Shown: positions 14,480 through 27,799 of the stretch, piece after piece
How the letters are laid out: every line of letters starts with the position of its first letter
Position numbering within the stretch: position 1 is the first letter of the stretch
Origin: Raillietiella orientalis
Lineage: Eukaryota
DNA: 64,000 bases
Assembly (NCBI GenBank): GCA_036172245.1
Contig: JAYWIR010000001.1
Location: 4,898,001 to 4,962,000, forward strand
Direction: 5' to 3'
Notes under the pieces: model-generated
Database searches by the model: none
What the model saw: only the letters and a program-made list of their open reading frames with translations
Told to the model about the DNA's origin: nothing
Program-made: the position numbers and the translations under genes

Positions 14480-16800
14480 TCTTTTTATTGTTACTGGAAA
14501 ACTTTGAAAAGAGTTTCCGCCAGTGGAGAGGAGGCCAACGGCGACAAGGAATGCTGTTCTCTCGCTGCACTCCGGAGTCCGGAACCTCTTTCGAAGAGTG
14601 CGCTTTCTGGGATGAAGGACCGCTCCAACCCATAACAAAACTTATGAGGGAGGGGGCGCCGCTTGGAATTCCGGAGCGAATCATGAATGACAGCTATCGA
14701 GCGATTCCTCGAAAGTTGCAGCCCAGGGGAATCTTTAGTCAACAGATCACAGTTCCCGAAGCGAAAACTTTCCGGAAACTTCGGTGCAGAATGTAACGAG
14801 CGGCTGGAAATCGACTGCTTCTTGAAGATGCGAGGCAAAGAGCGCAGCATCTCAAGCGATCCTCTGGGACGGAGAGCTTTGGATTCCATCGTGAAAAGCA
14901 CGTGGACTAAACCTGACGAAGAATGGCTCGCAAATATTTCCTCTCATCCACGTGATCGGACGTCGAGATTGCGAGCGCCGGGAGGAATTCGGTGCACAAG
15001 TCCTTTTTTATCCCTGAGGGAATACAGCAAAGAAAGACGTACCTTTTCTCTGAGAGCGCGATTCTTTCTTCTCACTGTCCCGAAGTGATTCACCCTGAGA
15101 CAGGCAGTCGGAGTCTGCCACTCTAATAACGGTTGCGCTGCAATGACGGTACTGATTACAGAAAAGGATACCATTGTCAAAAATCAAAGGGCTGCTTCCC
15201 TGGTTCAGCAGGAAGGCCTGAGAGGCATACTAATGGGCCTGAGCATTAGAGGTTAAGCTGGAAATGGTACCTTTTAGATTGCCAGATGCCACCGTGATGT
15301 GCTCTGCCTCTCCATTTTCATTCCGAGACACCTCAGCAGCACCATCCTGCATTTCGGACTGCATTGGCCTTTTCTCTTTTGGATCTCTCTTTTGGAACTT
15401 TGAATCTTGGTGGATCGTCGATGCCATTAAGATTCAAAGTCTGCACCACGTGTCGGCACTGATCCATCCATCCATTCGAAGGAGTCAGCTACTACGAGTT
15501 GTCCTTTACGACCTCTGGCTGGCTCCATCACTTTTCGGCTGGAACAAAAATGTGGAATTCCTACATTTGAATCCCGAATTCGTTCTGATGTAGGGATTTG
15601 CAGCTGTAACGACCAGTTTTCCGACGATCGTGTCCATGGAGACAATGGAAAAAGATAAAACAAAATAAAATAAAAGGAAGGTGATTTTGAGCGAGGATGC
15701 TCTTGCGCCGCATTCGTGACTTCACGATGAAATAAGTGAAAGTGAAACTTCAAGACGAGCTCTGCAAGGCGTGTGGAGATAGGGAAACCCCAGCTGCGCC
15801 AGGATCGGACAGAGCTGAAGGTGGTGATCGGCCTGCAGACGCAAACGAAGATGGAGATCTTGGTCCGCACCACCACCAATCGCCCCCTTCATCGCGAGCA
15901 TCGTGATAAGGGCAAGATGCGTCTAACGCCAGAGCGATAGCGCCTGCCAAGATCATCCAAGGAGTGACCAAGAGGGGAAATAGGGATCATAAGCTGCAGT
16001 CGAGTACCGCTACATCTTGAAGAAGATGGCGGATGTGGTCCAAGTGAGCGGATTGCCCACTAAACCCCCTAGTGGCTCCTACCCCCAACAGGGAAAGATT
16101 TTCGAAAAAGAACAAAGTGACACTTAGTGTCCAAGAACACTCGAAAAAGTGTCAGCAAAAATATGTGGTGATACGAATCCTTATTTGAAAGTTGTTTAAT
16201 AAATTCATCCCTCTGCAGACAATCATGAGGGGACACTGGAGGACACTGGGAACAATCATGAGATAAGTGGTCTTCAAAGAAGCAATGGAAAGCGTCGGAA
16301 CTGACCGCGGGTGACATCCACAGCACTCTAGAGCCCAAAGAAGAGGTCTCTTTCCACGAGCTCCTCACGCCTCTCACAAAGATGCACGAAGCGATTGTTC
16401 CAGTCACCCATCACGTGGACATGGAAACCGCCGTGAGCTCTGCAAGTGCTCCATCCCCAAATCACGCGAAAGCTCGGCGTAGCTCCCCAATTTTCCCCAC
16501 CCAGGTAGGATACCGAGGAGCACCTGCCAAGGACGAACAAGGCAGCAGACGCAAACGGCTCATGGCCGTGCAAACACATCAGACTCATTCTGCTGCCCCA
16601 CTTATCGAACTGTTGACTTCGGACAACACGAGAGCAGAGAAGACGGTCCACGGGAGCTCATCCGACTTGTCAGCAGGCTTGAAAAGCAAAAAGATGATGA
16701 AGGGTGCATGAAGGTCCACCATCGAGTCATCATCGTATTACTGACTTCACCAGCATCTCATCCAGTTTCAGCATGAGCACCTGAGTGATTGCAATTAGCG
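14480..16800 (+). mobile_element. Decayed R2-like element, RT domain 0 through CCHC finger
   Basis: LQPITKLMREGAPLGIPERI...RGIFS (cf. PIT..EV..APG.DG..IFN); LEDARQRAQHL / RRALDSI (RT3); GGIRCTSPFLS (RT4); thumb-like WIVDAIKIQSL; WPCKHIRLILLPHLSNC (CCHC relic, ~16560-16615). Confidence 0.6.
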
Positions 16801-16989
16801 ATTCTGATATGCAACAACTGGTAGACGAAAGTCTAAGGGGTTCCAGGAGAATCGAAAATTGTGATTTCTGAACTCAGCTGCCTAGGAACACCTACGGGAC
16901 TCCAGGCTGCCCCGCTAACGACGCACCCTTTCAAGAGTCGCCTCCTCCTTATTGCTAAATAAGGAGGAGTTTAAATTATGCTGACTGCG

Positions 16990-18600
16990 CTCTCCTACCA
17001 ATGCCAAAGACGTGTTCTACTATCACCCAGATGGAAGACGGAACCCAGATTTCGGAGATCTGACCACGACAAACCCTGTGGAACTCTTCCATCACGAAAA
17101 TAATTTCCAAATGTCGAGGGAAAGTTCCGATTTTCAATGCACAGCTTGGGTTTCTTTTTTTTTTTTTTTTTTTTTTAAAAAAAATACAATTAATGATCAT
17201 TACGAACGGATGTCTTTTTATCTCGTGAATGCTGCTTATCGGAAGCCCACAAATCAAAGTTTGGATTAATCAGAGCATGCAAGTACCTAGCGCAGCCCAA
17301 GGGGCTCTCCTTTCCGAGATATGAGCTAGATGTAGGAGGAACTGGCTACTCAAACTTGAGCTAGGAAATCTCCTTACTGTGGGAGCAACGGGTCACGCAA
17401 GCTCGTTGAAATGATGATGGCCGCGAATGATGTTCTGGAAGGTTTCAAGCATTTGGAAGTTTCTTGGAATTGATTCCGGGAACACGGGGCGCTTCCACGA
17501 GCCCTGGGTAGGAACGGGGCGCCTGCAAAGGTCTCCCATATCCCTTACTCTCAATCGTGCATCCTGTCGAAACACCGCAGTGCCTGATGCCAGCTTGTTT
17601 ATTAGCAGCAAGAAAAATGAAGCCGGAAGCCAAAGATCAGTTAATTCTGCATGAGTCTGCGCGAGATGCATTATGTACCTCCCTTCAGCACGGGAGAAAC
17701 TGGTCGTGAAAGTCCTTGCCAGACGATTTCTCAACCGGATGACTCCTTCTGTGGCCGCCGCTGTATTTTCGAAAGGCCTCACTTCTTCCTTCTAATCCAC
17801 ACATTTTTTATAAACATGTCTTAGAGAAGAAGGAGGAGGTGGGGAGAGGGAGGATGAGGAGGCCGAACGCGTCGACGCCGCGGCGGATGGCATCGCATCC
17901 TGGTCTTCTCGTCAGATGAAGAAAGCAATATCTCACGGAAGAGATGGCTTTGATGCGACCTCGGGCCCTGCAGCTACGTGTGTTTCGGAGCCAAATTTAC
18001 CAATTGTCGAACGTAATGCACTGAAATCCGATAGCGCAGGAACTTCTGCTCCTTGCGGTGCATATCGTACAATGCGACGGATTAACCAGAGAGAAATTAG
18101 CGTCCCCTCTCTTCTCTGGGGACAAATCTTCAATTTGCTTCCTTCTTTGTTGGCAAAACGGAAATCGGATTGCGACGCTGCTTTCATATTTTGATCATTT
18201 CTTTTATCTGCCAGTCACTCTTCCCTATTAAATGAGCGCCAAAGGTAATGCAAGCGAGTCACCGACAGCGGAAGATGAAAGACGAACTCGGGATCCCCGC
18301 TCTGACGCTTTCCAACTCCGAAAACAGGAGATTTTCTCTTCTCCCGAATGGCGTGTGGACCCATGGAGTTTTTCGTTTCATCCATGGGAATCACCTGCAC
18401 GGCGCTGGAAGGTTTCCACGGAGTTTCCCTTTCATCGGGTAGCTGTCCGCGAAATCCTTGCCTTGCGCAATTTCTTTCCTCATCTCAAGATTCGTGCAGG
18501 ATGCCTCAAATCCCCGCCTGGATGCGAAGGAAGCTGGGCGGATGGCGCGAGTCGGCAAAGCAAAAAGAGATGCCAGTGGTGTCAGCATCCTGGATGTGTT
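16990..18600 (+). mobile_element. Second, internally deleted RLE-clade element in tandem with the previous one
   Basis: SSITKIISKCRGKVPIFNAQLGF (RT2, cut by a T22 run at 17155-17176); FYLVNAAYRK (RT3); WKFLGID (RT7); VPDASLFISSKKNEAG (thumb); QIFNLLPS (pre-CCHC); PGCEGSW (cf. VG..G.W of the RLE). Confidence 0.55.
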
Positions 18601-18799
18601 GGACAAACGCGCTTGCAACTCTGAAGAAGAAGCGTTTTGCTACCGAAGGATTACTCGGTGCACGATGCCTCTAGAAAGTTTCCAGTCCCGGCATTTCCGA
18701 GAGTGCGCCTTGGAGAAGTTGGGTCGGGTCAGTTCAGGATAGGAGAATCCTGAGAACGGTAACAAGAATGGAACCCCCCCAAGCGATCTCCACTAAGGT

Positions 18800-19910
18800 G
18801 CCGTTCGTTTCAGCGTTTGACTTTTGGATTTCCCATACCCGATAGAGCGCGTTTCGATGGCATCTTCCTCTATTTACGAAGAAGACTGACTCTGGTAGAG
18901 TTCGCATCCCTGGAAAATTTTCAGCACATTGTGATGATGACTCGCCGTTATGCGACTGGCGATCAAACGCTCCCAGGCGCTGATGAAAATGCTGCAGGAA
19001 TCAGCCGAAGAGTAGTGGTGCTTCCAGCGTCAGCATCCATCTTTCATCCCGGAAACGACGGTTTCGTTTTTGCAGACCGGAAGACGAACACCGTCCCTCA
19101 CCGGTCTCGACCGTTGGCTGGAGGCGCCTGCGCTTCCGTGCTGGCTCTTCCGAATGCCCAGATGCTTCCATATGAACTGCGCCACCAGGCGTGAATCCTC
19201 TTGAAAGGAAATACAATATCGAAAGGGGTTTTGGATGCGTGACTCAGAGTGGTGCTATCCAAGCATAGCCAAATGAATGCCGGTGGCTAGCCGGCGTTGA
19301 CCTGATCGAGACGGAATTTCCCATTGGTTGCCCACTTCCCTTACCACTCATTGTTCCTCACCGCAACAAAGAATAATGGGATAATTTTTTTCTGTGTGCT
19401 AAGAAGAGAAGAATCAAAAAGTTCCGTTCTCTTGCAGCTTCCTCAGCAAAGCTCATCTTGGCTACGCCAGCACCGCGCTTATGCCAGCGATGCTGGCGGC
19501 AGCCTTTATGAAATCGATAGCCGATCAGCTTGTTTAAAGGACCCGGAAGTTGATGAATCCGTTTCCGCGTTTGCCTTTTTTTTTTTTCCTTCTTTTGACC
19601 CAGATGTGAGATTCACCGAATCGCTGCTGCTTGCATGGCGACAGGTCCACACCCTGACGATGCAGAAGTAATGGAAAATCACTGAACGAGCTCGTAGATC
19701 GTGCGCCGCGTCCATTTTCCAAAACTTTCTCCTTCACCCAAATGCAGTCGCTCGGGTGATCAAGGCTCGTTTCCTAGGTAACACAGCCAACCGGGCCCAC
19801 GTGCTTATCAACAAGTGCAGGCAATTCGCGATCCCTGGTCCGATTGGAACACCTGAATGGGATTCCAAACCCAGGGAAGGGAGGCGATAACTGAGCTTCT
19901 GTTCTGAGCA
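18800..19910 (-). mobile_element. Decayed non-LTR RT fragment (RT2-RT7)
   Basis: HSGVPIGPGIANCLHLL...ALITRATAFG (cf. QRGF..G..N..LL..LD..AFG); GISAVLA (RT5 lead-in); FIWKHLGIR (cf. YKYLGI, ~19150-19175). Confidence 0.55.
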
Positions 19911-20949
19911 GATCAGTGTTCTAGAAGACGGAAGCGGTCCAGACGATGGCATCTGTGTGTAGAAGAATTGATTTTTTTTTTTTTTTTTCTTGGGGGGGGG
20001 GGGGGGGCAACTCGAAATGGACTGATGCATGCGATCGAACGTATTGTGTTTCATACAGTAGCTATGTACGAAGAATTTAATAAGTGTATACAAAGATCGT
20101 GGTATCCATTGTTATGATCTGATGGTCTTGAACGCATGTGAGTGACAGCTAGGCATTTTCATTCAATGGACTCCTCATCCATTTGCACTAGAAATGGAAA
20201 TTTGCATCTGGTCCCTATGGGATGGGTGCCACGCTCTTTGCAACCTTCATTACTGTTCCATTATGATGCTTAGCTTCACTCCCTTTTTTCTTTTCATCTG
20301 GAACCAAAGCTCTTTGAGGATTGAGCCGTGCTGAGATCACTCCACACTTGGAATGGGGCTAATTGTTGGTTCACATCTGCTTCTGTTGAGTCGGATGCTT
20401 TCGCTTTCACAAAAATGCAAACAACTGCTGGGATGCCTTTGTCTACCGCGCGCCGAAATTTCCGGGTGTCGGTGTACGTCAATTTACGCGCCAGTGTACG
20501 GTAAACAAACACGTGAACACGGGCAGACAGGCCCGTGTCACATGCCAGTGGGGAGCCGCGAAAGCTAGGCAACGAAGGCCCTGGAACACACCTCACGGAC
20601 GAGAGGAGACATCCGAAAGACTCGTTACTCCACGAGGAGGCGCGCTGTTTGTCAAGCACCGAGACGAATCCTCCGATCCTCCTCCGCTGGAGAATTCATT
20701 CACGAAAGGCGACAAGGACGACTTCGCCCCATCCTCTTGAAGAAATGCTGGTGGCCGGACCTCCGCAGCGACCCGCAGAAGGCAGCAACAAAAACAAACA
20801 AACAAACATTTCGTCTATGCGTTGCGCTCCTTCATTTGGCAAGTCGGTTTCGTCCAAGAAGGTCCTTCCCTTTTCCTTTCGATCTTCGATTCCTCATTGG
20901 TCAGCAGCTCGTGCGTGAATGGCTTGCATCTTCACAGGGAAGAGCTCGT

Positions 20950-21800
20950 AGCTTCTTGTTAGTGGACAAGCGACCAAACACATCAGCAAGAAAAAACAAA
21001 AAAGGGGACACCCCTAAAATCTTCGAGGCTTTGAAACCGGACCTTCCGCTGTTCTCACCGCGTGAGGACATCCGCCCAAACCTTTCCTACGCTCTGCGAA
21101 GAGTACTGGGAATGTCGAGATTTTTCCAGTGTCTAGCCACGGGGCTTCTTGTCCGCGACTCAGCCAACACTTGGGCGCTTTCGGACTCCCTCCTGACTTA
21201 CAACAGGCGAAAGCATCTTCCTCCGCAACTCGCAGAGGGGAGACGTGCGCGCGCTTTCATCAGAGCAGATGGGTCGCTTTCTTAATCCTTGTTTCTTCCA
21301 CATTAAGAGAGGATTTCCCACGTGAGGAAAGCCTAATGAAGTGATGCCTAATGCAGCCGACTCAGTACGAAAGACGCTCAGTGGCTCCCTAAATGTTGTT
21401 CCAGAATGGGATGGGCGCAACTCCTTCTTCAGGAGGGTCGCAGCTCTTGGGAATGAGGTCGTAGGTGCTCTTGAAACGTCCCCGCAACAAAGCTCTTCCT
21501 CTGCGAGTTTTAAAACGGCATCGTTTTCTTCCTTGCTTGAGACTCTCTCTTGCTATCTCCCGCGCAGCTCTGGGCGTTGAATAAGCGGCGTGCTTTAAGG
21601 GCGCTTTGGTGGTCCGAGCGAAAGAACTGGAAAACTTCAATTGCATCCTTTCGAATGAATGTTCCACTCTTCGTCCTACGCCCTTGCTTTTGATTTTTGC
21701 TTTCGGCAGCATCCTTTGGCTTCCAGAAAGCGAGAGGACAGGGGGGCGCAATCTTGCCGAAATCCTGAGCTCCGGAAAAGGGATGGTGCCCTGCACTTCT
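20950..21800 (-). mobile_element. Decayed R2-like RT fragment
   Basis: STYDLIPKSCDPPEEGVAPIPFWNNI (cf. T.LIPK..DP....WRPI, end of ORF 21389-21796), followed by VAEEDAFAC (RT3). Confidence 0.65.
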
Positions 21801-22599
21801 TCTTCGGCGCGACTGAATGGCCTTTATTCGAAAGAAAAAAGAGGCACCCAACCATTCGTGTGTGCCTTTGGGCGCGCATCCGCTCTCGCAGATTTCCGCC
21901 CAAAGTGTGCGAGTAGGGCCTCGAAAAAAAAAAAAAGGAAAAACGTCAGCCACTTCTTCTTACGGCGGCTTCGGCGCGTAATTCTTACGCAAAGCAAGCA
22001 GCTCAGCCGGAAACCGACAACAGGAACAACGGCAACTCGGATCCAGCCGGAATGCGGGCAACTCGCTCGACCGCGCGCTCATAGTCGTTGACCTCGCCAA
22101 TGATAGCACCTCGTTGACCAGAAAGGAAACAACGGGAAAGGAAAGAAAAGCAACCTTAGCAAAAAGACGCTCCACCAATTTTCTCTTTTCCTTCCTTTCC
22201 CCCTCTGAGGAACACCTAATCAACGACCGCAGCGGCGAGGTACGCAATCACGACATTTCCTCAAAGACCCACTGCGTCCCGAAAGCATCATCGTGCTCCC
22301 GTGATCATTTGCGTGTCGGCGTTAAATTAGTGCTGCGTTTAAACAAGAGCAATCGGCCTTTAATTTCCTGGTGAAAATCTTTTCGTTATGTGATCGAAGT
22401 ATCTGCCACCTGTGATTTGCCTGACCGGCATACCGGAAACGCAAGGTGCCAGGCTTATTAATGAGCTTTTGTTTAGGGCATCATGCCTAAAGGGGATGGG
22501 GTGGAGGGAAGCTGCGAAATTGTAATTTGGACAACACAAAGAGCATCAGGACGGCTGCGCATTCATGGCGGTGTACCTCTGCATTGTGGAACGCTAGTC

Positions 22600-23130
22600 A
22601 TTAGTAGAGCAGGCGAATGCGCGCGCCGGGTCAGCCCTGTCCATCCCCCGCAAATTGGAACCTGATCCTCAGGGCCGATTCCCAAGGATGTTCCGCGAAA
22701 GAAAACAAAACGCGAGCAAGACAAAGGAGCAGGACCCAGCAGCGGGAAAAACACTCCGGTCCCTGGAAGCTTCGGAGTTCCTTCGCAGATCATAGATTTT
22801 CTTGCAGATCTTCGGCAAGGGGTGGCGCCCCTTTGCGAATCCCCACCCGCAGTGGGAGCATTTTGGAGGGGAGAACGAGGGGGCAGGTGGAAGAGGTCGG
22901 CCAAACCGCTCGCTGGGAGCAGACCAACCAACGTGCCAGACAGGTCGCGTCGACTCTCGTGTGCACACTGGTCAGTCACGGCAAACGTCAGAAGCAACCG
23001 GTTCGTCCCTGTGATGGTCTTTTCTGGCACCAGAAACGAAACCCTGCAGATCGAGTCTTGCGAAAGAGACGCCATTCCTGAAACCTCGCGAGTGCTTTTA
23101 AGGATCTCGTCGTGGCGATTTCTGCCCATT
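22600..23130 (+). mobile_element. Utopia/NeSL-like C-terminal fragment (linker, CCHC, start of RLE)
   Basis: ILRADSQG (cf. PDQGK); SFADHRFSCRSSARGGAPL (cf. F.D.RF..RARL..PL); SNRFVPVMVF...LQIE (cf. LRPDLV..IIDV). Confidence 0.5.
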
Positions 23131-23199
23131 CGCGAGTCACTTTTCATTTTTTTTTTTTTTTTTTCATTTGTTTCCAAATGAGCCAAGTTCCCTTGCCAC

Positions 23200-24480
23200 G
23201 GGGGCAGTCCGCGTCAGACCCAGACAGTGATGGCTGCAAAGAATTCTAACGACCGAGGACCGAAGACCACCCGAAAGGGAACGTGCAAGAGCTTCTCGAA
23301 ACCCCAGCGAAAGATCCTTCTTCGAACAGTGGAAGGAGGCGCCATTCCTTTTCGGAACGATCACGTGGAGAAATCGGTCAGCATCCATCCCGAGTTCCCG
23401 GTCGAGTGACCGAAGGGAGAACATCCGTCGCCGGGACAAGGTGCTCCTGCAGGGACGCAAAAGACGTATCAGGAACCATCCGACAGACCTTTGTGTGTGC
23501 TCCTCCGCGGAGTTTTCCCTTTTCGAGATTTCAATCCTGAGGGAGAACGGAAGGACAGAACTGCCTTCTTCCCGACGCTCGCGCTGCGGTTGAGCGTTTC
23601 GAAACCCCCAGGTCATAACTGATTCGAGCGGAATTCTCATGCTACCTCGCGTGTCCTTGCGATCTGCAAGCAAAAATCGGGTCGAACCGTTCCCTCGCCA
23701 TGTTTCTCTATGATTCAAAAAAAAAACTTCTTCTGTCTCCTCAGCAGTTTGTCGCTCTTTGAATGTCACATCAAGGAGTGAGCTCCGAGCCGTGAGAAGA
23801 TTTGACAAAATTCTAGAATCCGGCTGTGGGCCGGTGGACGAAATCTCAATGCGAGGAGAGGCTCTGCCTAGGATCAGAAAGCAACACTAGTGTTGCAGCA
23901 ACGCTAAGCAGAGCCTTCGCTCTCCAACACCTCACACTTAGCTTTCCTGTGAGATGAGAGAACCCAGGCGAAGATGTTTCAGTTTATTAGAAGACAAGCG
24001 CCGTTTCTGCGTCTTGAAACTTCCAAGAGTGGACTTAAGTGAGGAGGCTTCTGCCAAGCCGTCACTCTGCCGGGGATGCCGTCCTCAGATTTCCTTCTCT
24101 CACGTCTCCTAAGTGACTGCCGACCTGGTCTGGATGAATTCTCGTAAACAAGATCGAACTCTGGATCTGCCTAGGAGGAGGGATTCTGGGAAGGCGTCAA
24201 TGCGCTTGCGCCTCCCGCTGAAAGAGGAAGCACCGGGTCTGTGGTAAACCCGAAAACTAATGACTTATGGTGGTACCAAAATTGCGAAGGAAGGAGTCTG
24301 CGGCTGAACCAGCTTCATTGGATGCATCAGACTTAAAGCCATGCTGCATCTTTCAGGTCCATCATGCTTTTATGTTGAAAAGGTGCTGAACAGTTACTCC
24401 GCGTCTTTGAAGACCGCCGTAGTCAACTTGGAACCAATCGCATCTATAATTTGGAGAGGTTGCCTCGATCCAGAAAACTC
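23200..24480 (-). mobile_element. Decayed R2-like element, RT5 to CCHC
   Basis: VFKDAE*LF (RT5-like); DFVHRPTAG (thumb); GMDADRFLHVIVPKRNGAS (cf. SGR.F..I..R.N.LP); VVRILCSHHC (CCHC relic). Confidence 0.5.
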
Positions 24481-24949
24481 CTTTTCTGCTTTTTTAGTGT
24501 GTGGGTGTTTTCTCTAATGGTGGGCACACTTGGAATCCGTTGGTCGGAAGCATGACGATACGAGTGATCGGTCTCAGATTCCTAAAACAGTCATCCAACC
24601 CGTTTCATCTCGGTCCTGTTCACCTTTTATTTTATCTCATCATGCTGCCCGCAGTAAAAAAAAAAGAAAAAAGAAAAAAGAAAGGCGAAATTTATTCGCC
24701 TGCTCGAAGCACGAAATCAAATAAATCTGAAACGGAGAGGATGGGGTGTGTTTTAGTAAAATATTGTGTGGATCTCGAGATATGCAGGATCCTTGGAAAA
24801 TAAAAGAAGCTCTGTTTTCTCCTCCGAGCGCAATTAATGGTGACTTATGTGAATCCTGAGCAAGCTCAGCACGTGATGACTCCTAGCACGAACTCATTTC
24901 TTGCGCAGTGAGTAACACGAAAACTTCCCTATTCGGGCACAAAAGAGGA

Positions 24950-26060
24950 ATTCACCCATTAAAGTGTCTCGTGAGACAACCGAAAGGGCTTGGCGTAAGG
25001 AACTTCGCTCGCAGATGCAAAAAGGATTGGAGTCCTCGGACGACTTCAGCATTCGAACCGGCGAAGAACGGGATGGCGGGGTTTCCAGGTGCATCCCAAC
25101 CCCAACTGCACATCAAAAGGAGAAGGAAAAGTGGAAGCCGCCATGCTGTAGCCCTAGCAGATTGCAACCCTGGATTTATCCTGGAGTGTGATGAACATGC
25201 TCCCGATCTTGCTTCAGATTTGCAAGCATTTTACAAGCCGGAACTCCGCCCCTCTATTGGAGGTCCGGAGTTGAAGTTTCACGGAAGAGAGAAATATAAA
25301 CTCTTCATCCACATCGGTGGTTCTAAAAGTGAGAAACTGAAGAGAAGAGTATCCACGCCGTGGAAGTGAGAGAATCGTGGATGTTGAGAAGAATCATCTT
25401 GTGCGTGAAGGGAAACTCGGCGAGGAAGGGGAGAAGAATCATCTTGTGCGTGAAGGGAAACTCGGCGAGGAAGGGGAGGGGAAGGGGAAGAAGAGGGAAC
25501 AAGGGCGCTCTGGCATCACTCAACGAGTGAAAACAAAAAGTCAGAAGCGCAAGCAGGAGATGCACGTCCTTCAGAAGCGTTCGTAATTCCAATCAGCTTA
25601 GCAAGGACGTGTATCTCCAGTGACGATGGTGAAGGCCACCACGGCTGCTAATGAAGAAGCAAAGAGAAGCAGTGGACTTTCGTGCTAAGAGTAAACGCCG
25701 CCGAGCGTGCGTGGTCCTTCTGCCTATGCATCGGCGAGCTTCGTCCTGCTCTCATCCTCCCGGTTCCGCAAGTTCATGCTCATCTCAGTGGCATCGAGCA
25801 TGGGGTGCTCCTACAGTGGGAATCTCGCTGCTTGGCATCTCGTTTCGATTATATAACTCAGCAGACAGCCGCGCACAAGCCGAGGTGAGCTGTTTCCCTT
25901 TGCTGGAAGAAGGAATGCAACCCAGTAAATGGGGCTGGTAGAACAACCTGGGCTCCATGTCCCAATCGCACACCAACCGTGCAGCCTTATGAGGACTGAC
26001 GCGGCGGCACATGCCAGTGAAGGCAGGCATTCTCTCTAAAGAGGACCCAGTCGTGAGCAT
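24950..26060. mobile_element. Two tail-to-tail CCHC/RLE fragments (+ at ~24950-25380; - at ~25600-26060)
   Basis: Plus: CIPTPT, ILECDEH, PELRPS, RRVSTPWK (cf. LPT, HIL..C, LRPD, DV..P.E). Minus: SPHKAARLV, TVGAPHAR. All weak. Confidence 0.35.
25386..25478 (+). repeat. Perfect 45-bp tandem duplication
   Basis: GAGAAGAATCATCTTGTGCGTGAAGGGAAACTCGGCGAGGAAGGG at 25386-25430 and 25431-25475, identical. Confidence 0.97.
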
Positions 26061-26329
26061 AATTTACTACCCCTTTTTTTTTTCTTCTTTGAACCCTTTG
26101 ATGCTTTCCACTTGTTGGGTCTCCTTAAGTGTTTTACACGCATCTCGGAGTTTATACAGATTTGAAAGATGGGAGGAAGGAAAGGAATTGCGAGTGAAAG
26201 AAGAAGGAATGAATTTACTGAGGAATGACGGAAGGTGTCGCTTTAAATAGGTTTCCGGAAGCACGGTGGAGACCAACTGCGGTGCATGGTTTTTTCGAGA
26301 GGGTTCTTGCAACTTTGAATCAATAGGGA

Positions 26330-27650
26330 TTCCGCTCTTGAAAAATCCATATTGCTTCGGTTTCAGTCCTTGTAACTACGGGCTGCAGACTTCTGGATCG
26401 AAAAGATGAGCTCTTTTCATCTCTTGGCTTCAAGGAAGGCAGTGGCTGACTCTCTGAGTTCACGCCTGGAAGAATGGCTGCAGCACTTCTTCCCAAAGCG
26501 TCTTGCTTTTTTCCCTCTTGGCTCATGAATGAGTTACAATTGCATTGATGGTAGTTCGATCAAAGACTGCTTCCCGCAAGGATCCCTCTGGTTCTTCATT
26601 TTATTGCGGAAAGCGTTGCCAAAATCTGGTATTGTGACTTCTTTTCTGGTGAAGCTACATTAGGAAGACTCAAAAACGACGAAAAAGGACTTCGGGAACA
26701 GGAAAAAAACCTTCCTTCCCCTGAAGGAAGTTTTTTGAGTTTTTTGAAAGTCTGGAACACACGTTGGTATATAAACCAAAAAGAAAGGTGTATGCATTTC
26801 TGCTTTTGTGGCTACCCAGTCTTTTTTCACTCCTGAATGCTTGAAGTTCTGAATGATCTGAAGAAAAGAAGAATCCGTCGGTAAACTTTTGCTCGAGCAG
26901 TTTGCCTTCAAGCCAACAAAATCTGCGGGTATTTTTTTTATTATTATTATTTCCGTTGCGTTTATTCAGCTCCATTATTCCAGCTTTCTTGAGCAAAGAG
27001 CTTTCTTAAGAATCATTTGATTCTTTCCTTCTTTTTCTTTTAAGCTGTACTTGGTGGCAAAAGTTCTCTACGGACTGAATTTTCGTTTTTTATCAACATG
27101 GTCGATCTTTGCATAGGAGTCTTCCTTCCCGATTTATCTGGACCAATTCAAGCGAACGCGGGTCGCTTGAGCAGAGGTACAGATCTCCACGTAGGTGGTT
27201 GCTGCAGCTGCCGTGGACTCCAGCGCCTTCCGATACATTCAGTTTTTGCTTGCCTTTTGAAAAGAAGCGAAAGGCAAAACAAAAAAGCAACTGCCGGGGC
27301 TTCACGATCAGCTGCATTGCAAATCATCAGGACCGATAGGTGCGAAACCCTTCATTCTCTGCATTTGCTGCTGCCCACTCCCGTAGCAAACGCTGCCCAT
27401 CGAATCCGCGAATAGGGATTATCCAATTCCGTCCTTGGCGATCAGCGTCAGGAATCATGGCTTACCGTCCGGAATTGATCGGGAAATTTCATCTGCGATC
27501 AGATTTCCAAAAGCGAGTAAACATTGTAAAAATCCGTAAACACGAAGCACCCAAGCCGTGGAACCAATGCAAGACTCGGAGTGCACGTCTCGCTCAACGG
27601 CAATTCTAAAAAATAATCTGCTGCATGAAATGTTGAGGTTTGATGGTGGC
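26330..27650 (+). mobile_element. Decayed R2-like 3' half (thumb, CCHC, RLE)
   Basis: LRAADFWIEKMSSFHLL (thumb); ANAGRLSRGTDLHVGGCCSCRGLQRLPIHSVFAC (CCHC-like, ORF 27098-27415). Confidence 0.55.
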
Positions 27651-27799
27651 AGAGAGGATGATGCAGAAGATGCGGGCGAGTCCAGGCATTCCAAGATGAC
27701 CAGAAATTTTCCGTTTTCCATTCCACTCCGTGGAATTTAATTTCGACTGGATGACCGCACATGGAATCTGGAATAGCACGCCGCTCTGGAGGAAAAGCT

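Noticed and set aside
20600-20675. HDV-like ribozyme on the minus strand (CCTCCTCGTGG loop); similar loop at ~38045-38060
   Set aside because: P1 is imperfect or absent, with no convincing P1.1 GG or P2 closure.
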